A stretch of 64,000 nucleotides of DNA, from the NCBI GenBank assembly GCA_048939015.1, contig JBHLPW010000003.1, forward strand, positions 32,001-96,000, given 5' to 3'. Each line of letters opens with the position of its first letter. Positions within the stretch are counted from its first letter, which is position 1. The DNA is from Promethearchaeota archaeon. GTDB lineage: Archaea > Asgardarchaeota > Lokiarchaeia > Sigyniarchaeales > SOKP01. Below the pieces are notes generated by a model, which had not been told where the DNA came from, searched no databases, and saw only the letters and a list, made by a program, of their open reading frames with translations. Below are positions 59,721-64,000 of the stretch, piece after piece. The position numbers were made by a program, and so were the translations under genes.

Positions 59721-60839
59721 ATGCAGATTAAGCGTAAATTTCTCACATCGATTTCTAAACTTCTTAAAATGAGATCCTACAGGTACTTTCATTATTGTTC
59801 AATTATCACTTTTATTATCACCTCTTTTCTACTTTATTATCAGTTATTTCTAGTTAACCAGATTCAATTTAGAATATTTGCAATTGAACTATGTTATGGC
59901 TTAATGTTATTCGTTCCAATTTTTCTGATTAGTTGGTCTTTAAAAAAAACTAGGTTTCAGTTCGATTTAGTTATGGTATTATCTGGAATTTGTGCTTATG
60001 GTGCTTATCTTGCTGATTTAATGACAAAATCAACGCCAAATTGGGGCCCTCTACGAAGTAACATTCCATTTCTAATTGGATTCGTTATATTGGGATTATC
60101 TAATATTATATCATTGCTGGATATAACTGTCTTTATAACAAAAAAAAAAATCTTGAATCCACTTCATCAAGCAATTAAACAAAATAAGGAGAAAGAGAAG
60201 GTTCTTCATCGACAAAAGCAAGAATTAAGCCAATTTGCCCATATGATGTCTCATGATTTGCGGAGTAATTTAACATCCATAAAAGGATATCTTGAAATAA
60301 TATTGACTGAATCAACTAATGAAAAAATACAAGGAATGTTAAAAAAGATAGAGCAAATTCAGGATTTATTAGAAACCTCAGTAAAATTAGCAGATTCCGG
60401 AAAAGTAATAGATACTGCTGAAATTGTTGATTTACATGAACTTACATTAGAAGTTACTGACACAATAATCCCAAAACATATTAATTGTAACATTGATGGA
60501 TTGCCTATGGTTTTAGCCGATAAACACCGCATTTATCAAGTAATGAAAAATATATTGGAAAACGCAGTTATTCATGGTAAACCGGAATTCATTAATATAT
60601 TTTCTAAACATGAAAATGGGGACATCATTATTGTTATAGAAAATGATGGTTTTACTATTCCTAACGATTTTATTGAAAGCTTTAATGATCCAAATTTCAG
60701 TCTTGACTTTCGAAATAAAGGAATTGGATTAAAAATTGTAAAACGGATTATAGAAGCACATAATTGGAAAATTTCAATTACCAATGATCCCCAAACCACA
60801 TTTCTAATAAATATCCCTGAAACTAAAAATATTGATTAG
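59721..60839 (+). CDS. membrane sensor histidine kinase
   Basis: 4 TMs; H-box SHDLRSNL, N-box NILENAV, ENDG, GIGLKIV. Confidence 0.92.
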   Translation: MQIKRKFLTSISKLLKMRSYRYFHYCSIITFIITSFLLYYQLFLVNQIQFRIFAIELCYGLMLFVPIFLISWSLKKTRFQFDLVMVLSGICAYGAYLADLMTKSTPNWGPLRSNIPFLIGFVILGLSNIISLLDITVFITKKKILNPLHQAIKQNKEKEKVLHRQKQELSQFAHMMSHDLRSNLTSIKGYLEIILTESTNEKIQGMLKKIEQIQDLLETSVKLADSGKVIDTAEIVDLHELTLEVTDTIIPKHINCNIDGLPMVLADKHRIYQVMKNILENAVIHGKPEFINIFSKHENGDIIIVIENDGFTIPNDFIESFNDPNFSLDFRNKGIGLKIVKRIIEAHNWKISITNDPQTTFLINIPETKNID

Positions 60840-60854
60840 ATATCATGTTTCTAA

Positions 60855-61439
60855 TTAACTAGAAATTTCTTTAATTTCTTGATATCTAAAACAATCTATA
60901 ACATGATCATTAACCATCCCTACTGCTTGCATAAAAGCATAACAGATGGTTGGACCCACAAATTTAAATCCTCTTTTTTTCAAATCTTTACTCATCTGTT
61001 CTGATTGTATAGTTTTGGATGGCAATTCTGAAAGCTCCTTAAATTTGTTATCCATTGTTTTATTATTAACAAATTTCCAGATATATTTATCAAATGATCC
61101 AAATTCCTTCTGTACATGTAAGAACGCTTTCCCATTTGCGATTACTGCATTAATTTTAAGTCTGTTTCTTATTATCCCTTCATTCTGCATTAACAATTCC
61201 ACTTTTTCTTCGGAATATTTTGCGATCTTGATGTAATCAAAATTATCAAAAGCAGTTCTGAAGTTTTCCCTTTTTTTTAAAATTGTACTCCAACTTAATC
61301 CCGCTTGTGCTCCTTCCAATATTAAAAATTCAAAGAGAAGGTGATCATCGTGAATAGGAGTACCCCACTCTTTATCATGATACTCTATCATCTGTGGGTC
61401 ATCGCCAGCCCATGCGCATCTTTTAACCATTCCTATCAC
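60855..61439 (-). CDS. tag: DNA-3-methyladenine glycosylase I
   Basis: RCAWA, YHDKEWG, LEGAQAGLSW, FKFVGPTICYAFMQAVGMVNDH..DC. Confidence 0.96.
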   Translation of the reverse strand: MIGMVKRCAWAGDDPQMIEYHDKEWGTPIHDDHLLFEFLILEGAQAGLSWSTILKKRENFRTAFDNFDYIKIAKYSEEKVELLMQNEGIIRNRLKINAVIANGKAFLHVQKEFGSFDKYIWKFVNNKTMDNKFKELSELPSKTIQSEQMSKDLKKRGFKFVGPTICYAFMQAVGMVNDHVIDCFRYQEIKEISS

Positions 61440-61541
61440 ATTTGTATTTATGATCCCAAATAGTTAACAAATTATTAATTTCTTTAAAAAAAATAGAAAT
61501 AGATTAAAAAATTTAATTATTGAATTCAATCTTTGATGATA

Positions 61542-62141
61542 TTAATGTTCCTCTAAGTATACAAAGCCAATAATGATAAGACTTATCAAAAATCCTCCAC
61601 CTAATGCAATGAGAAAGTAATGAGAATAAAGTGATGTAAAGGTAGATGGTGCTTCAGATGTGATTGCGACAATGACAATTGTATAAATAAACAACCAAAA
61701 AAATGTCGTTGGAGCTAAGGCATACAAATAGACGGTTGTTTCATCAAACTCTATACCTTTTATTAATTTTGCAGCACCAGGTATAATAAAGCATAAACTC
61801 CAAAAAATGATGTTTACAACCATAAGTGTAATTCTTGAGTATGTATAGGCCAATAGTGCAGTATTAATAACGAAAGTTGAAAATGCAATGAAAATACCGC
61901 CGATAATTAATAACATTATTCGCCGATTTCGAATTGATAATCCTCTATAAAGAACTATAAATCCTACAGGGATGAAAATAACTGGGATAGGTAATAAGAC
62001 GAGTGTCATTATGGAGATTGGGATTATTGGAAGAAAAATCGTCCCTATAACAAGAAGAATTATACCAACTTTAACCTTGGTTTCATCTTTTATTTTAACC
62101 ATGGAAAGACCCTCTCGTATTTCAATTGTAATATATAGCAA
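61542..62141 (-). CDS. membrane protein, unknown function
   Basis: ~6 TM helices; start may be ATG at 62102 (GAGAGGG upstream). Confidence 0.7.
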   Translation of the reverse strand: MLYITIEIREGLSMVKIKDETKVKVGIILLVIGTIFLPIIPISIMTLVLLPIPVIFIPVGFIVLYRGLSIRNRRIMLLIIGGIFIAFSTFVINTALLAYTYSRITLMVVNIIFWSLCFIIPGAAKLIKGIEFDETTVYLYALAPTTFFWLFIYTIVIVAITSEAPSTFTSLYSHYFLIALGGGFLISLIIIGFVYLEEH

Positions 62142-62313
62142 TTGCTACTAATGAAGTCAATATTAAATCCTTATTAAAATCTATCTAAAATTCTATGAAA
62201 TGAAGTTTAAAAAGGATAGATAATATGAATTTCTAAAATCTTGATTTAACTTTAACAATTTTAGCTTCAATTATAAGTATATTCCTTACAATAGCTTCAT
62301 TATTTGTCAATTC

Positions 62314-63201
62314 TTATAGATACGCTTTAGATGCATTTTCTGTAATTGCGTCTACTACTTTCGGTCCCACTTCTAAAGGGATACTATGACCCATCCCTTC
62401 AATAATTAGCAATTCTGCTCCAGGAATTGCTTCCGCAGTATCTTTGCCTCCTTCAGGTGGCACAAGAGGATCATCACTACCATGAATTACAAGTGTAGGG
62501 GTCGTTATAGAAGTCAGGTTTTGCTTACGATTTCCGGTAGCCAATATTGCTGCTAATTGGCGAGAATAACCCGGACGATAATCTGACCGATCCAACGATT
62601 CTATGGCCAGTCGTCGGGCTCTTTCTTCATCAAAAGGAAATCCAGTACCATAAAGAAGTCGCGCAGCATTCACAAAATTATCAATAATTGCTTCGCGCTC
62701 AATTGGTCGTGGTTGAATTAATACTTTCATTGCCTCTGGCTTTGGACGGGGTAAATCGGGATTACCTGTACTACTCATTATAGATGTAAGAGATAAAACA
62801 CGAGATGGATGTCTATATGCAACTGTTTGAGCAATCATCCCCCCCATAGACGCACCACAGATATGAGCTTTATCAATATTTAAAGCATCAAGAAGTCCAA
62901 CCGCATCGTCAGCCATATCATTTAATGTATATAATGATTCAATTTTTTCTCCCGTTGCTACTTGCATATATAATTTCGGAAGGTCTGGTTCTCCTGCTTC
63001 ATCAAATTTTGTAGATAGACCTACATCTCGATTGTCGAACCTGATTACAAAAAAACCTCGTTCTACAAATTTCTCACAAAATTCTTCTTCCCAACTAATC
63101 ATTTGACCACCAAGCCCCATAATAAGCAATAAGGGTTTTGAAGATGGATCCCCAAATGTATCATACTCAATTTCAATATTATTAGCTTTAACTCTTGGCA
63201 T
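62314..63201 (-). CDS. alpha/beta hydrolase
   Basis: RFDNRDVGLS, GASMGG nucleophile elbow, HGSDDPL, GMGH. Confidence 0.93.
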   Translation of the reverse strand: MPRVKANNIEIEYDTFGDPSSKPLLLIMGLGGQMISWEEEFCEKFVERGFFVIRFDNRDVGLSTKFDEAGEPDLPKLYMQVATGEKIESLYTLNDMADDAVGLLDALNIDKAHICGASMGGMIAQTVAYRHPSRVLSLTSIMSSTGNPDLPRPKPEAMKVLIQPRPIEREAIIDNFVNAARLLYGTGFPFDEERARRLAIESLDRSDYRPGYSRQLAAILATGNRKQNLTSITTPTLVIHGSDDPLVPPEGGKDTAEAIPGAELLIIEGMGHSIPLEVGPKVVDAITENASKAYL

Positions 63202-63324
63202 TAGTTTATTCCTCCTTTCATAGCTTAAATTAAATTTAAGATTTACATACTTTTATAAGTTTTGAATGAACTTAGGTTTTAAAAAAAGATATAAAGAAAA
63301 TTGAATTTATTGAAATTTTACAGA

Positions 63325-64000
63325 TTAATCTGTGTGTGCAGAGATAATTAAATCGGCAAAAAGCTTCATGTCATTTAGTAACATATTTAATTTATCTTGC
63401 GAATCTCTGTCTAATTCTCCAGATTTCATAACAAGTACAGAAATGATGTATTTGAAAATGTGAAGTTCAATTTCTTTCCCATCTCCGTCTCGACCTCCAA
63501 ATTTTGCAGAATCTGCCATAAATATATTTTCTCTAACTGTATTGCAAGCATTAATAAAATCCCTTAAGTCTCCCCTTAATGTTAATCCACTACTAACACC
63601 TTGGACATTATGCACGATAACATTACCTGAAATATCAGCAATAATAACTTTAGCCTTAATCTCATCAAGCTGTTTCTCGGCTTTTTCTACGTGAGATTTT
63701 AATTCAGCATACTCAGAAATTAACACATCTCTGAAAACTTTTGCTAATTTGTCCTCCTCATATATACTTGTTAACATATAGTCAAAATCGTAATCTTTAA
63801 ACATATCCAGGAAAATATCCTTAGCATTTTTAACGTTTGTATCAAGTAATTCTTTCTGATAATCTTCTGTATCATACTTATGAAGGAATAAGAAGATCTT
63901 TGGTTTCTCATTGTTCTTACGGTATAAATCCAATAAATTTATGAAATATTCTTTTGCCTCTTCAAATGTATTTGGATCGTGTAAATCAACAATTGGAATT
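63325..64000 (-). CDS. Rag/Gtr-like GTPase with C-terminal roadblock/longin-like domain (5' partial)
   Basis: Frame is open to the window edge (IPIVDLHD...); FLHKYD G4 and TSIY G5 as in Rag GTPases; C-terminal IIADISGNVI roadblock-like. Confidence 0.7.
   Translation of the reverse strand, partial: IPIVDLHDPNTFEEAKEYFINLLDLYRKNNEKPKIFLFLHKYDTEDYQKELLDTNVKNAKDIFLDMFKDYDFDYMLTSIYEEDKLAKVFRDVLISEYAELKSHVEKAEKQLDEIKAKVIIADISGNVIVHNVQGVSSGLTLRGDLRDFINACNTVRENIFMADSAKFGGRDGDGKEIELHIFKYIISVLVMKSGELDRDSQDKLNMLLNDMKLFADLIISAHTD

Noticed and set aside
1-64000. rRNA, tRNA, transposase, integrase or provirus
   Set aside because: No GC-rich structural RNA-like segment or mobile-element protein motifs recognised by eye; a tRNAscan/Infernal run would be needed to exclude short RNAs

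Overview
AT-rich, gene-dense archaeal DNA. The gene content points to an Asgard archaeon of the Lokiarchaeia type: archaeal uL16/L10e, TATA promoters, T-tract terminators, many small GTPases, longin/roadblock domains and a ubiquitin system. No rRNA, tRNA, CRISPR or transposase was recognised. Left to right: (1) a partial methylmalonyl-CoA mutase and an SDR; (2) a ~16 kb putative glycolipid/surface-glycan modification cluster (three B12-binding radical SAM enzymes, sulfotransferase, three glycosyltransferases, deacetylase, LuxE-like ligase, UDP-galactopyranose mutase, acetyltransferase, CDP-alcohol phosphotransferase); (3) housekeeping and membrane genes, including an acyl-CoA synthetase alpha-like protein lacking the phospho-His loop; (4) three tandem convergent pairs of family-5 solute-binding protein plus DUF4097-like protein, with no permease or ATPase; (5) the main highlight, a complete ubiquitin-like conjugation locus (membrane C4C4 RING-like protein, Ubl ending GG-F, E2, E1, JAB protease) translationally coupled to three longin-fused atypical GTPases, with SIM-like acidic tails on the E2 and one GTPase; (6) two paralogous double-wHTH-TPR regulators, four promoters sharing a motif exactly 32 bp upstream of the TATA box, and a conserved 3' hairpin family, with secreted-protein genes followed by Rab-like GTPases; (7) further eukaryote-like proteins (PCI-like, TPR-longin, arrestin-like, Rag-like) plus MglA-like and housekeeping genes. 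Two small ORFs absent from the ORF track were found. All family assignments come from reading motifs by eye, not from database searches.
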